Shown piece after piece: positions 40,729-50,678 of a DNA stretch of 64,000 nt; position 1 is the stretch's first letter, and each line of letters begins with the position of its first letter. The position numbers and the translations under genes were made by a program. The notes below the pieces were generated by a model. It was not told the origin of the DNA, did no database searches, and saw nothing but the letters and a program-made list of their open reading frames with translations. Source of the DNA: Candidatus Poribacteria bacterium (GTDB lineage Bacteria > Poribacteria > WGA-4E > PCPOR2b); contig OZ244587.1 of the NCBI GenBank assembly GCA_965218095.1, positions 6,080,001 to 6,144,000 on the forward strand, given 5' to 3'.

Positions 40729-41088
40729 TACTGTCCTCCCCGCTTGCGCCTCGACCGTAAAAAGTCGAGATACTCAATGAGATTTTTCCTCCTCCTCTTC
40801 CGTAACTAGACCGATGCGGGAAGCAAATTCGGCATTACTCAAGGCATTGGGAGAGAGATCTGGTACCGGGTAGTTAGCGAGTTTCAGAAGGACCACATAA
40901 GAGACTTCATACAGTTCGCTTAACTTGTACAGCATCACTAGTGATGGTTGCTGAATCTTGCCGCCTTCCAACTGGCTCAAATACGCATTTGAGATGCCGG
41001 TGGTTCTTTCTACAGCACGCAGTGCTAGACCTTTTTGCTCACGAGTTGCTTTTAAGAATTCACCAAGGTTATTGGTTTTGTGGTTCAT
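40727..41088 (-). pseudogene. XRE-family HTH regulator with C-terminal frameshift
   Basis: GISNAYLSQLEGG..PS; the probable tail LIEYLDFLRSRRKRGGQ* lies in another frame and overlaps the next ATG (TAATG). Confidence 0.75.
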
Positions 41089-41101
41089 GTTGCTAATTAT
41101 G

Positions 41102-42511
41102 TCAAGCATTTTTTGCCATCTTATTGTTCGAGCCCGCGCGGTGAAAGTGATAAGTGTCCTGCTTCTCATATCCCAACCGCCTCGGAACATCCTCAATCGT
41201 TTCCTTCAGCACATCGACAATTTGAAGGACTTCCGACTCGTTGATCGTGAACGGCGGACTGATGGCAATGTGATCGCCGCTCACACCGTCAATCAGCCCG
41301 GGGGCACCCGGCATAATCAATACGCCTTTGTCAAAAGCCAGATCCACAACCATGGAGGTTACGCCCTTTGAAACGTCGAATGGCGTCCCTTTCTCTTTGT
41401 CGGCAACAAATTCGATACCGATTAGTAACCCCTTTCCACGAATGTTTCCGACAATTGGCAATTCCTGAAGCGGCATCAACTGTTCAAGCATCAGGTCGCC
41501 CATCCGTGCACATTGCGCAACAAGGTCATGTTTTTCGATATAATTCTGCACGGCAAGCGCCACAGCACACGAAAGGGGATTGCCGCCATACGTGTGTCCA
41601 TGCGTAAAACTGGTTGATTTTTTATAGATGGCGTCGTAGACTCTCTCGTGGGCAATTGTCGCGGCAATCGGAGTATAACCGCTGCTCAATCCCTTGCCGG
41701 TGGTCATGATGTCGGGGACGACGTCCCAATGCTCAATGGCAAAGTTGACGCCGGTCCGCCCGAAGCCGGTCACCACTTCATCAACGAGCATCAGGATGTT
41801 ATGCCGATCACAGATCTCCCGAATGGTGGGGTAGTAGTCCGGCGGCGGCGCCACGCCAGCCGCGGAGGTGCCGAGGATCGGTTCAGCGATGAACGCGGAG
41901 ATATACTCACTCCCCTCCTGATGAATCACGCGCTCAAGCTCTTCGGCACAAGTGAGATGACATTCGGGATACTCCTGTCCGTAGGGACATCGATAGCAGT
42001 AGGGCGCTGGAATATGCGGGAAATCAAGTAGGTAGGGCACATAATCACCTCGCCAGGAGGTCCGTCCGGACATCGACAGCGCCCCGATCGTATTGCCGTG
42101 CCAGCTTTGCCACCGGGAGATAACCTTATACTTTCTCGGATTCCCGGTTTCAAGATGATATTTCCGCGCCATCTTCATCGCGGATTCTGTCGCCTCCGAG
42201 CCACCGGAGACGAAAAATACTTTTGAAAGTCCATCTAGCGTCAGGTCGTCGATTTTTTGCGCGAGATCGATCTGGGGCTGCGTGAGGAAGCGGCTGTAGG
42301 TGAAACAGACCTTACTGGCTTGTTCCTGCATAACATCGGCGATTTCTTTGACGCCATGCCCGATGCTCACGACATGCACCCCCGCGCACGCATCAAGGTA
42401 ACGCTTTCCCTCCGTATCAAACAGATAAACGCCCTCGCCATGGGAAATCTGCTGCCATTTGCGCTTGAGCGTTCTGTGAAAAATACGATCATCGTTCTGG
42501 ATTTCAGTCAT
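41102..42511 (-). CDS. class-III PLP aminotransferase
   Basis: SGGSEATE, WHGNT, DEVVTGFGRTG, GKGLSSGY, HGHTYGGNP. Confidence 0.94.
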   Translation of the reverse strand: MTEIQNDDRIFHRTLKRKWQQISHGEGVYLFDTEGKRYLDACAGVHVVSIGHGVKEIADVMQEQASKVCFTYSRFLTQPQIDLAQKIDDLTLDGLSKVFFVSGGSEATESAMKMARKYHLETGNPRKYKVISRWQSWHGNTIGALSMSGRTSWRGDYVPYLLDFPHIPAPYCYRCPYGQEYPECHLTCAEELERVIHQEGSEYISAFIAEPILGTSAAGVAPPPDYYPTIREICDRHNILMLVDEVVTGFGRTGVNFAIEHWDVVPDIMTTGKGLSSGYTPIAATIAHERVYDAIYKKSTSFTHGHTYGGNPLSCAVALAVQNYIEKHDLVAQCARMGDLMLEQLMPLQELPIVGNIRGKGLLIGIEFVADKEKGTPFDVSKGVTSMVVDLAFDKGVLIMPGAPGLIDGVSGDHIAISPPFTINESEVLQIVDVLKETIEDVPRRLGYEKQDTYHFHRAGSNNKMAKNA

Positions 42512-42563
42512 CTGTTTATCTCCCTATCTGCTTCATCAAAGGATTGCATGAATTTCTTAATTC

Positions 42564-43397
42564 TCAATTCTTAGTGCGTTTGGGTGGAGTGGTGGACACG
42601 CCTTCCAACCCTCCACTAACTCTTAAGACCTCGCCGGTGATCCACGACGCCGCCGGGCTACAGAGAAAAGCGACGCCCCGGGCGATGTCGATCGGCTCGC
42701 CCCACCGCCCCATCGGAATGGAACTACGAATGCGCTCGATCATTTCCTCTTCGGTGATGTTAAGGGTCTTGCAACGTTGCGCCATGCCCGTTCTGTTGAA
42801 CTCGGTGTAAACAGGCCCCGGGCTTACCGCATTCACCCGGACGCCGTAAGCCGCTAACTCCAACGCCAGCGTCCGGGTTAGGCTGATGATGCCCGCCTTC
42901 GCCACATTATACGCCACAACCAGCGCGGCCGGATTCTGGCCGTTGATCGATGCGACATTGACAACACACCCCGACTCCTGACGCTCCATAATCCCTCCGG
43001 CGGCGCGACAGCAGTAGAACGCCCCAGTCAGCGTGGCCTTCAACACACGGTCCCACTCCTCATCGCTCAACTCGACGACGGGCGTCACCTTCTGGCCGAC
43101 GCCGGCGTTGTTGACCAGGATGTCCAATTGCCCATGCTCGCTGACCACGCTATCAAAGAACGCCGTCACCCCGGCGCTGTCGGTAATGTCTAGGTGAGCC
43201 GCCTGTACTTTCAAGCCATCTTCCTGCAATTGACGGGCTTGCGTCTCTGCTTTTTCAAGTTGCAGGTCGGCGATTATCACCGTTGCGCCGTCACGGGCGA
43301 GCTGTTCGGCAATTCCCAAGCCTAAGCCCTGGGCGGCTCCGGTTACTACCGTGATTAATCCATCAAGACCGCGTGAAGAAGTCGCATCATCGCTCAT
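42564..43397 (-). CDS. SDR oxidoreductase
   Basis: TGAAQGLG, NNAG, YNVAK. Confidence 0.94.
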   Translation of the reverse strand: MSDDATSSRGLDGLITVVTGAAQGLGLGIAEQLARDGATVIIADLQLEKAETQARQLQEDGLKVQAAHLDITDSAGVTAFFDSVVSEHGQLDILVNNAGVGQKVTPVVELSDEEWDRVLKATLTGAFYCCRAAGGIMERQESGCVVNVASINGQNPAALVVAYNVAKAGIISLTRTLALELAAYGVRVNAVSPGPVYTEFNRTGMAQRCKTLNITEEEMIERIRSSIPMGRWGEPIDIARGVAFLCSPAASWITGEVLRVSGGLEGVSTTPPKRTKN

Positions 43398-43499
43398 GTA
43401 CGTACCTCACTTCCCAAATTTTTTCCGATGAGACATGTCAAAATTGTATCATTGCTCCCACATCGTGCTTCTCAACGCTGAACCACGAGTTCAGCGTTC

Positions 43500-44447
43500 T
43501 CAGCCGGCGACCGCCCACGCCGACGCTTCGTCTAGCGCATTCTGTTCATCGGCGGTCAGTTCCCAACTTGTACTGCCCACGTTTTCCTCCACTTGCTCTG
43601 GACTATCAGGACCAATCATCGCCGCTGAAATTTCGGGGTGTGATAAGACCCACGCAATAGCGACCTGCGCAGGTGTCTTCTCTCGCTTCGCGCCGATGCG
43701 AATGAGCGTTTCCACCACATGGTCGGCAGCGGGCGACATGATTTCCTCAAACCCACTCCGTCCCTGTCCCCATGGCGTGTCGGGCGGAGGCGGCGCGCTG
43801 TGACGAAACCGCCCTGTCAGCAAGCCGATGGCAACCGGACTATACGTCATCATCCCCAGTCCCTCCGCACGGCAGAAGGGCATCATCTCTAGTTCCAGCG
43901 AGCGGTCGAGCAGGTTGTAATAGTTCTGAACACAGATAAATGGTGTGAGATTACGGAGGTCGCTCACCCACAGCGCCTTACACACCTGCCACGCTACGAA
44001 ATTGCAGCAGCCGATATAGCGCACCTTTCCCTGACACACAAGGCCATCCAACGTTCGCATCGTTTCCTCAATCGGCGTCGTGGCGTCGAAACTGTGGAGC
44101 AGGTAGATGTCAATGTAGTCCGTCTGAAGGCGCGATAGGCTCTTGTCAATCTCGCGCATGATGTGGAAATGCGATAGTCCATGGTCATTAGGCCCCTCAC
44201 CGACGGGGCTGCAGACTTTGGTCGTAATGACGAGTTGATCGCGCCGTCCTTTGAGCGTCTCCCCAAGGATACGCTCGGAACGTCCGCGCTGATAGATATT
44301 CGCGCAATCGATGAAATTGACGCCAAGATCAATAGCGCGTTCAATGGTCGCCCGGCATGTTGCATCATCGGGGCGTCCACGAAAAGCCACCCCCAGACAA
44401 ATGGGCGAGATCTTCACGCCCGCTGTGCCGAAGTTGCGATACTCCAT
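43500..44447 (-). CDS. aldo/keto reductase
   Basis: IDCANIY, SLSRLQTDYIDIYLLH, GKVRYIG. Confidence 0.95.
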   Translation of the reverse strand: MEYRNFGTAGVKISPICLGVAFRGRPDDATCRATIERAIDLGVNFIDCANIYQRGRSERILGETLKGRRDQLVITTKVCSPVGEGPNDHGLSHFHIMREIDKSLSRLQTDYIDIYLLHSFDATTPIEETMRTLDGLVCQGKVRYIGCCNFVAWQVCKALWVSDLRNLTPFICVQNYYNLLDRSLELEMMPFCRAEGLGMMTYSPVAIGLLTGRFRHSAPPPPDTPWGQGRSGFEEIMSPAADHVVETLIRIGAKREKTPAQVAIAWVLSHPEISAAMIGPDSPEQVEENVGSTSWELTADEQNALDEASAWAVAG

Positions 44448-44802
44448 TTGATGTTGCTCCTTTCCCTCCATAGCGGTAAAGTGTGAAAGAATGACCGCCT
44501 CCTTTACGCATTACATATTGAATTCATCTATAAAAAATAAGGAATTTGCTAGCCCGAAAACTCTTGAAATTCGGGCGCCAGAGGCATTCCGCTCTCGGGA
44601 AAATGGACAACCTTGCACCCCTGTGCTCGTCCGATCCCATCGGACTCCCTCACCCCTTTGCCCCTGCTGCGACGCAGAGATACGCCTTATGGGACAAGGA
44701 TTCACGCAACGGAAAAAGTTAGCTTGGTGCATATGGGCGGCTCCCCTGATGGCGATAGCCAAGAATAGCAACTTTGAACATTGAAACACTCCTTATTCCT
44801 GT

Positions 44803-45666
44803 TCATTTGACCTCATTCCAAAGCTTCATCAGGTATTCGTGGCTTCTTTGCAGGACAACGACTCGCTTCTCGTCCGGAACATTTTCGCAGTTAATCAGAT
44901 GGACGCGATCCGTCGAATTCCGCTTGAACGCCTTGATATAAAGTTCAAACGGGCTATGCCCGGCGCCCAACTCAATCGACCACATGGGGCGAGGACGGTC
45001 CTTTGCCAGACTATGGTCTTTCCACCCAACAACCGGTATCCGATTTGGATACTCATCCACAAGCAGCCAACCGTACCCCTCTGCGCTTGTCATGTGGCCA
45101 ATATTGAGGAGAACCCCGGCGTTCTCGCATGGCATGGAATCGAGCAACAGTCGGCAATCGTCCAAACCTTCGACCCACGCCCTATGGTGAATATCAACGC
45201 CGATTCGGAGACCCCCATCCCTAAAGGTCTCTGCCACCGCGTTCATGCAGGTAGCGAGCCGTTTGATCTCTGCTGCCTTTTCCGGTATGGGAATTTTAGA
45301 CCGGCCACAGTTCGGAACGGGATGCGTCAAGTATCTGCAATCTAGCGCGAGCGCGTAGACTGCGTATTCCTTCAACGCTGCGATTGTTGGTTCGATGCCT
45401 CTATCGCTTTGGATATCAATTTTTCCAGAGAAATGAAGCGCACCGATTTCCAGTCCGGCGTTGCAAATCGCCTTGCGGAGGTGCTCAGGGTCAGAGTCGA
45501 GAAGGTTGGGAAATGGGCTCTTGCTCGTGCCTTCCGAATTGACAGCCTCTGCATTGCGGCTCGTCAGCAGCAAGATGGAGTCGAAGCCGATCTGCTTAAT
45601 CGTGGCGAGCGTCCTTTCAAACGACATGTGATGTCCGACTGCATGGGTCACAACGCCAAATTTCAT
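44803..45666 (-). CDS. sugar phosphate isomerase/epimerase-like TIM barrel
   Basis: NIGH, WKD, ELGAG in xylose-isomerase-like spacing; metal ligands look divergent. Confidence 0.75.
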   Translation of the reverse strand: MKFGVVTHAVGHHMSFERTLATIKQIGFDSILLLTSRNAEAVNSEGTSKSPFPNLLDSDPEHLRKAICNAGLEIGALHFSGKIDIQSDRGIEPTIAALKEYAVYALALDCRYLTHPVPNCGRSKIPIPEKAAEIKRLATCMNAVAETFRDGGLRIGVDIHHRAWVEGLDDCRLLLDSMPCENAGVLLNIGHMTSAEGYGWLLVDEYPNRIPVVGWKDHSLAKDRPRPMWSIELGAGHSPFELYIKAFKRNSTDRVHLINCENVPDEKRVVVLQRSHEYLMKLWNEVK

Positions 45667-45821
45667 TGCTTTTCAACCCCTTATTGTGATTGAATCAATG
45701 CCATTATAGCAGATTGGGGTAGTTCCGTCAATACCGTTTCGTGAGTATTTTTGAGAGATTAAATTCCGTTTATGCGCTTGACTTTATGCGTATATTATGC
45801 CAAAATAGATGAGCGCATTTA

Positions 45822-45958
45822 CTATCACTAAATGCCCAGTGTGCTCTGGCGCATCGATCCAATGACCAGGGATTTGAGTCAAGGGTTCAGTGAACTCTTG
45901 AACTTTTTCGACGTCAATTTTCCAGTTCCGATGCGGGTTCTCAAAGGTTTAGTGATAG
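45822..45958. mobile_element. MITE-like element
   Basis: terminal IR CTATCACTAAA...TTTAGTGATAG. Confidence 0.6.
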
Positions 45959-46027
45959 AACACCATGCCCATTGATAATTGCGAATACCCTGTCAATCGC
46001 AAATTTTCTTAAAATGAAAGGAAGGAA

Positions 46028-47521
46028 ATGGACAATAGAGAGACAGTTCAAGAGACTGAGGAAGAGATAGGAAAAGTTGAAGTTCCACCGGTCAGCGGCG
46101 TATTTGCTGAACGGTGGTCAATGAAGAAGGTATTTGGGCTGCTTGCCGTTTTTGGGCCTGCCGCGATTGTGGCATCAGCTAGCATTGGCGCTGGTGAAAC
46201 CATTGTCGTCGTCCGCGCAGGCGCATGGGCGGGCTATGGACTGCTATGGCTTGTGCTTCTAAGCTGCGTTGTCAAGGGTGTATTTGTCACCTACCTGCTT
46301 GGGCGCTACACAGCGGTCAGCGGCGAGCATATCGGGCACCGTCTCGTGCGACTGCCCGGACCGCGCGGCTGGCTGCTGATTGCGATTTTGGTAATGGAAA
46401 TGATTGGCGCGCCGCTGGCGTGGGTGCCGATTGCGAAACCGTGTGGGGACCTGTTCCACTTTATACTTAAAGGCATGCCAAGGTCTATCCCAGAACCGAT
46501 CTGGGAAAACATCTTCACCTCCGCCTTCATCGCCGTTGCTCTCACGCTTGGCTTACGGCTTTCGTTTGAAAGATTAGAGAAACAGCAGCTCGTGATTTGC
46601 GGCATCCTTGTCACCGGAACGATTATCGGTACATTGATGGTGCGTCCCAGTTTCGGGGAAGCGCTTGTTGGAAGCGTCAGCGTCGGACGTCCGGATTTTC
46701 CGGCTTGGACGCCTGAAGACACTCGTCAAAATCCGTTGCTCACGATGGCGACAGCGTTCGCTTACGTGGGCGGTTCGGTGATGGGATACATCGTTTATGC
46801 CAACTGGATTGGACTGCACCGATGGGGGATGACAGGGCACGAAAAGATCTCCGCCATCCGACAACACGCTTCCACACGCGATAGGATTGACTACCTGCCT
46901 GACGACCCGGAGCAGGTGAGCCGATTACGGAAAATTATTGCGCCGCTGCGGTGGGATGTCGGCATGGGGGCAATCGTTCTGTTTATTGTAACGGGGGCAT
47001 TCATGGTATCCGGAGCCGCCGTTCTGTATCCCCTCAAAACCGAGTTTAAAGGTTGGAGTTTGCTCACCGAACAAGCCCACGTCTGGAGTAATATTCACGC
47101 TTCGCTGGTCTGGGTCTATTACATCTGCATCATCGCAGCACTCTGGGGAACTCTGCAAACACTGCCCGAAATCTACGCCCGTGTGACGCAGGAGTTTTTT
47201 CAGGCAATCTGGCCCAACCGCGAGTGGGATTATCATAAAATCCAGCGTATCATTTGCGTCTACATCTTCCTCACCACGATAATCATCATTTGGCTCAACA
47301 TCCCGTTCGACATCCTCACGCAGATCGCTGGCTTCATCCTAGCGAATTTCTCAATCGCGCTCATGATGCTTGCCACGCTGTATTTGAATTTCAAACTCCC
47401 CTCTGTCTATCGGACGCGGCTTCCGATGTTGATTGGCGCAATCGTGTCGGCAGGGATTCTAATTATCTTCGCAGGGATTAGTGGCTGGGGGTTGATTGGG
47501 AAGCTGTTTGGTATAGGATAG
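46028..47521 (+). CDS. Nramp-like (APC superfamily) transporter
   Basis: FGPAAIVASASIGAGE, GAWAGYGLLW, about 11 TM. Confidence 0.85.
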   Translation: MDNRETVQETEEEIGKVEVPPVSGVFAERWSMKKVFGLLAVFGPAAIVASASIGAGETIVVVRAGAWAGYGLLWLVLLSCVVKGVFVTYLLGRYTAVSGEHIGHRLVRLPGPRGWLLIAILVMEMIGAPLAWVPIAKPCGDLFHFILKGMPRSIPEPIWENIFTSAFIAVALTLGLRLSFERLEKQQLVICGILVTGTIIGTLMVRPSFGEALVGSVSVGRPDFPAWTPEDTRQNPLLTMATAFAYVGGSVMGYIVYANWIGLHRWGMTGHEKISAIRQHASTRDRIDYLPDDPEQVSRLRKIIAPLRWDVGMGAIVLFIVTGAFMVSGAAVLYPLKTEFKGWSLLTEQAHVWSNIHASLVWVYYICIIAALWGTLQTLPEIYARVTQEFFQAIWPNREWDYHKIQRIICVYIFLTTIIIIWLNIPFDILTQIAGFILANFSIALMMLATLYLNFKLPSVYRTRLPMLIGAIVSAGILIIFAGISGWGLIGKLFGIG

Positions 47522-47522
47522 T

Positions 47523-47577
47523 AGAAACAAGATGCAAGATTCAAGATGCAGAATCCTGAATCTTGCATCTTGTTCTT
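47523..47577. terminator. hairpin between convergent genes built from CAAGAT(G/T) heptamers
   Basis: AACAAGATGCAAGATTCA...TGAATCTTGCATCTTGTT. Confidence 0.6.
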
Positions 47578-48643
47578 ATTTCGGTGGCAGGTGATAGCCG
47601 TCTTTCATCATCCTGATCCGGTAGAGGCTGTTTCCTGATGTGATGTACAAGGTCTTGCTCTCAACCCCGCGACCAAACGCAACATTGGTCGGTAGTTCCG
47701 GCGTCGTTGGGATATACCCCAGTTCTTTCCCTTCGGGCGAGTAGATGCAGATTCCCGGTCGAGTGATATCACGCACGGCGACATAAAGGTTTCCGTCCAC
47801 ATCAACAACCAGTCCGTCCGGTCCATCTTGCGGGGTGTAGTCATCCAGCACTTCCCGAAACTTAGCAGTTCCGTCAGGGGCCAGATCATACGCTAGCAAC
47901 GCCATGCGCCCTTTATGAAGCGGCGTATCTTCGGGAATCCGACCGATGCCGGTCATCCCGTTGTCATTACTGACCACGTATAGTGACTTTTGGTCGGGCG
48001 ACACCGCCACACCGTTCGGCTTTCCCGCATCGGTGATAATGTGGTGAATCGAGCCATCCGTATCAATTCGGTATACTGCCATGATGGGCTGGTCGATCGG
48101 CTCATGCCCCAGATACCGAGGGTCGCTGAAATAGATTCGCCCTTTTTCATCAATCGTGATGTCGTTGGGCGCATTAAATGGCCGTCCCTCATACAGACCG
48201 GCGATGATCTCACTCTTGCCTGTTGTCATGTCCGTCCGAGTGACACGGCGTCCACCGAAGTCTGCGCCTTCGGCGACGATCATCCGTCCTTGAGCGTCAA
48301 ACTTGATGCCGTTGGACATCCCACTTGGTGATCGGAAAACAGAAGCAGTTCCGGTCTTGGGGTCATATTTCCAGATGTGTCCCGCCTGCATTTCTGACGA
48401 ATGTGTAAAGGTAATGTCGCTGAAGTAGACGGTGCCGTCCGGCGCCACGGCAGGCCCTTCCGTGAAAAACGCATCGCTGAACAATTTTTTCAATCTGGCA
48501 TCAGGTGAAATGATAGTTGGATCTCCGCTCGGCTGTGGTGGTTCTGCGACACCTACCACCGGCATGCTCGTAAAAGCAAGACCGATGATGAGAACAAATA
48601 CGAAACAGAAATTCTCAGGTCGAAGCGAGTAACTGCTCAACAT
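47576..48643 (-). CDS. SMP-30/gluconolactonase family protein, secreted
   Basis: FTEGP, YFSDI, PND, PNG, PDG, TNVAFG. Confidence 0.94.
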   Translation of the reverse strand: MLSSYSLRPENFCFVFVLIIGLAFTSMPVVGVAEPPQPSGDPTIISPDARLKKLFSDAFFTEGPAVAPDGTVYFSDITFTHSSEMQAGHIWKYDPKTGTASVFRSPSGMSNGIKFDAQGRMIVAEGADFGGRRVTRTDMTTGKSEIIAGLYEGRPFNAPNDITIDEKGRIYFSDPRYLGHEPIDQPIMAVYRIDTDGSIHHIITDAGKPNGVAVSPDQKSLYVVSNDNGMTGIGRIPEDTPLHKGRMALLAYDLAPDGTAKFREVLDDYTPQDGPDGLVVDVDGNLYVAVRDITRPGICIYSPEGKELGYIPTTPELPTNVAFGRGVESKTLYITSGNSLYRIRMMKDGYHLPPK

Positions 48644-49089
48644 GCTTCACTCCTTTCTTTATGCGTTAGATGACAAAGAGAAATATTCTTTCCGCTCCGA
48701 CTATTTTATTAGTTGGAGATTGGAGTTGAGAAGATTTTAGCAGATACGCTCAAAGAGGTCAAGCGAAAAACAGCTTGATATGCCTGTGGTCGCTGTGGGC
48801 GGCCTCTCTAGTATCAGTATACACTCTACACACAGTTCACCAGGTTCACAACGTTCACACGTTGAGACCGTTGCAAACGCGATCCAGCATTCGTGGGGGT
48901 TTGAGCCGCCAGCTTGACACGAAAATTTGCCACGCTTCTGCCACGTCAGCCGCGGACCGGTGCGGATAAAGCCCCAAATGGTGGCGGTTTTGACCGCCGG
49001 AAACGGGGGTTTTGGCAAATTTCCGAAAGTGGGCGCCGGAACGTGTCAACCCGGTTGTGGGTTTGAGGTAGATGTCAAGTTGGGGATGA

Positions 49090-49447
49090 ACCCCCTTTCC
49101 GTCGGTCACATCAACTCGGACTGCGACCGCATGACCATTGAACGCTTTAATTTCCTTCACGACCTCCTGCAATCGGTCCATCCCGCGGGCAGCCAGCGTT
49201 ACCTGCGCTGCCGCTCGCGCCAGTATCAGGGCGAAATGGCAACCCAGCCCCCGCGATGCGCCAGTAACAATCGCACACCGGTCGGTCAAATCAAACGAAA
49301 CCTGCGCTTTCCACCGTAGATTCCTCGCTCATGCCAATTGTCCGCGTCCAGTCCAGGGCGGACGAACGCCTCTATGAAACTGCGGTCAAAGTGGAGTCCA
49401 TCGCGGCTGGCCATGAACACGATGTCGTCGTTATCTTGCCGTTCCAT
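49090..49447 (-). pseudogene. mosaic: propeller-hydrolase-like fragment joined to an SDR N-terminus cut near 49090
   Basis: FMASRDGLHFDR..EAFVRPG; FDLTDRCAIVTGASRGLG..VDVTDGK then non-homologous DNA. Confidence 0.6.
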
Positions 49448-49487
49448 TTTAACCGCTTTCGTCGTTTTTTCCGTTGCAGCCCATTCC

Positions 49488-50678
49488 CTACAACTTTCCC
49501 TTGAATGCCTTGTCGAGGATAGACGGCAGCAGAGCGTCTAATTCGGCGGCGGTCTCCGCCTGAAGATCTTTGAGCGAGTCAACTTTCGCCTGTAGGTCGT
49601 CCAGATAGGCAACGATGCGACGTTGTTCGGAAAGACTTGGAACAGGTATGTGAATCTCTTTAATCCGTCCCATGCTCAAGCTTAGTAGGCCGCTAGTTGT
49701 TCGGCTTTGTGACTTAACTTTATCTCGCCCTACCGGACTGTTGAGAAAAACATTCAGGTATTCAGAATCAATTTTATCTTGGTCTGGGCGTATGCAAATA
49801 ACGTGGTTCTGGTGAACGCATGGCTCAATTTCACCACGAAACACGGCAGTACGTCCGATTTGGTCTGCGCTACCATTGCCCTCGATGATTAGAACATCGC
49901 CCGATCGAAGCCGCCTTTGCTCAAGCTCATCAGGCGGCATCTCGAAGTAGCGAGGGTCTGATAATAATATGCTGTTTCTTTGGACGTGAGCAACGGTCAG
50001 ATATCGGACGGGATAGTTGAGTGGGATTCGTTTCGGACTCTTCTGGAGACCTCCTCTGACTTCTGCAATCTTCTTAATCGGCAACGTATTAGCCTCGTCC
50101 AAAGCCCTAAATGCTTTCACCGCACCCGACCCCGAAAGTACCTCTGCTCCCTTCGCTGCCTGCTGCTGCAGTCCCCGTGCCATCTCAACCTTGGCGGCGA
50201 GTGCCTCAAGCCGCGCTACAATCCGCCGCTGCTCGGAGAGAACGGGAAGGGGAATTTTAATGTTGAGGAATAGGGCTGGCTTGATACGGTTTTTGCCACT
50301 CGTTCCCTGCGAGAGTGCCGCGCATTTCCCCCAAAATTTGCGCGTTTTTGTTTGCCAATGCATCCATCTGGGAACTATCCTGTCCAAATTAAGTCGAAAC
50401 ATCGGGAATTCACCGGAAGCCGCGCAACCATCAACCGCCGCTGTAGCAATCGCTGTCGATCCGTGTCTTACCCAGATCTTGTTTATGATTAAATCGCCTT
50501 CTTTCACGGCGTAGAGTGTTTTCGCCCGTGTTTGAAACCCATCAATCGTTTCTCGCTCGTATGCGCCTTTTCCCCACAATTTGACGCCGATAGTACGATA
50601 CTGAACTCCCGGCTCAACGGGCACTGGACGAGAGACGGGTTCACAGATTTCACCAAGCGGTATCTCCTGAAGACTCAT
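49488..50678 (-). CDS. hsdS: type I R-M specificity subunit
   Basis: two TRDs, IPLPVLSEQRRIV and IPVPSLSEQRRIV, ILDKAFKGKL. Confidence 0.95.
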   Translation of the reverse strand: MSLQEIPLGEICEPVSRPVPVEPGVQYRTIGVKLWGKGAYERETIDGFQTRAKTLYAVKEGDLIINKIWVRHGSTAIATAAVDGCAASGEFPMFRLNLDRIVPRWMHWQTKTRKFWGKCAALSQGTSGKNRIKPALFLNIKIPLPVLSEQRRIVARLEALAAKVEMARGLQQQAAKGAEVLSGSGAVKAFRALDEANTLPIKKIAEVRGGLQKSPKRIPLNYPVRYLTVAHVQRNSILLSDPRYFEMPPDELEQRRLRSGDVLIIEGNGSADQIGRTAVFRGEIEPCVHQNHVICIRPDQDKIDSEYLNVFLNSPVGRDKVKSQSRTTSGLLSLSMGRIKEIHIPVPSLSEQRRIVAYLDDLQAKVDSLKDLQAETAAELDALLPSILDKAFKGKL

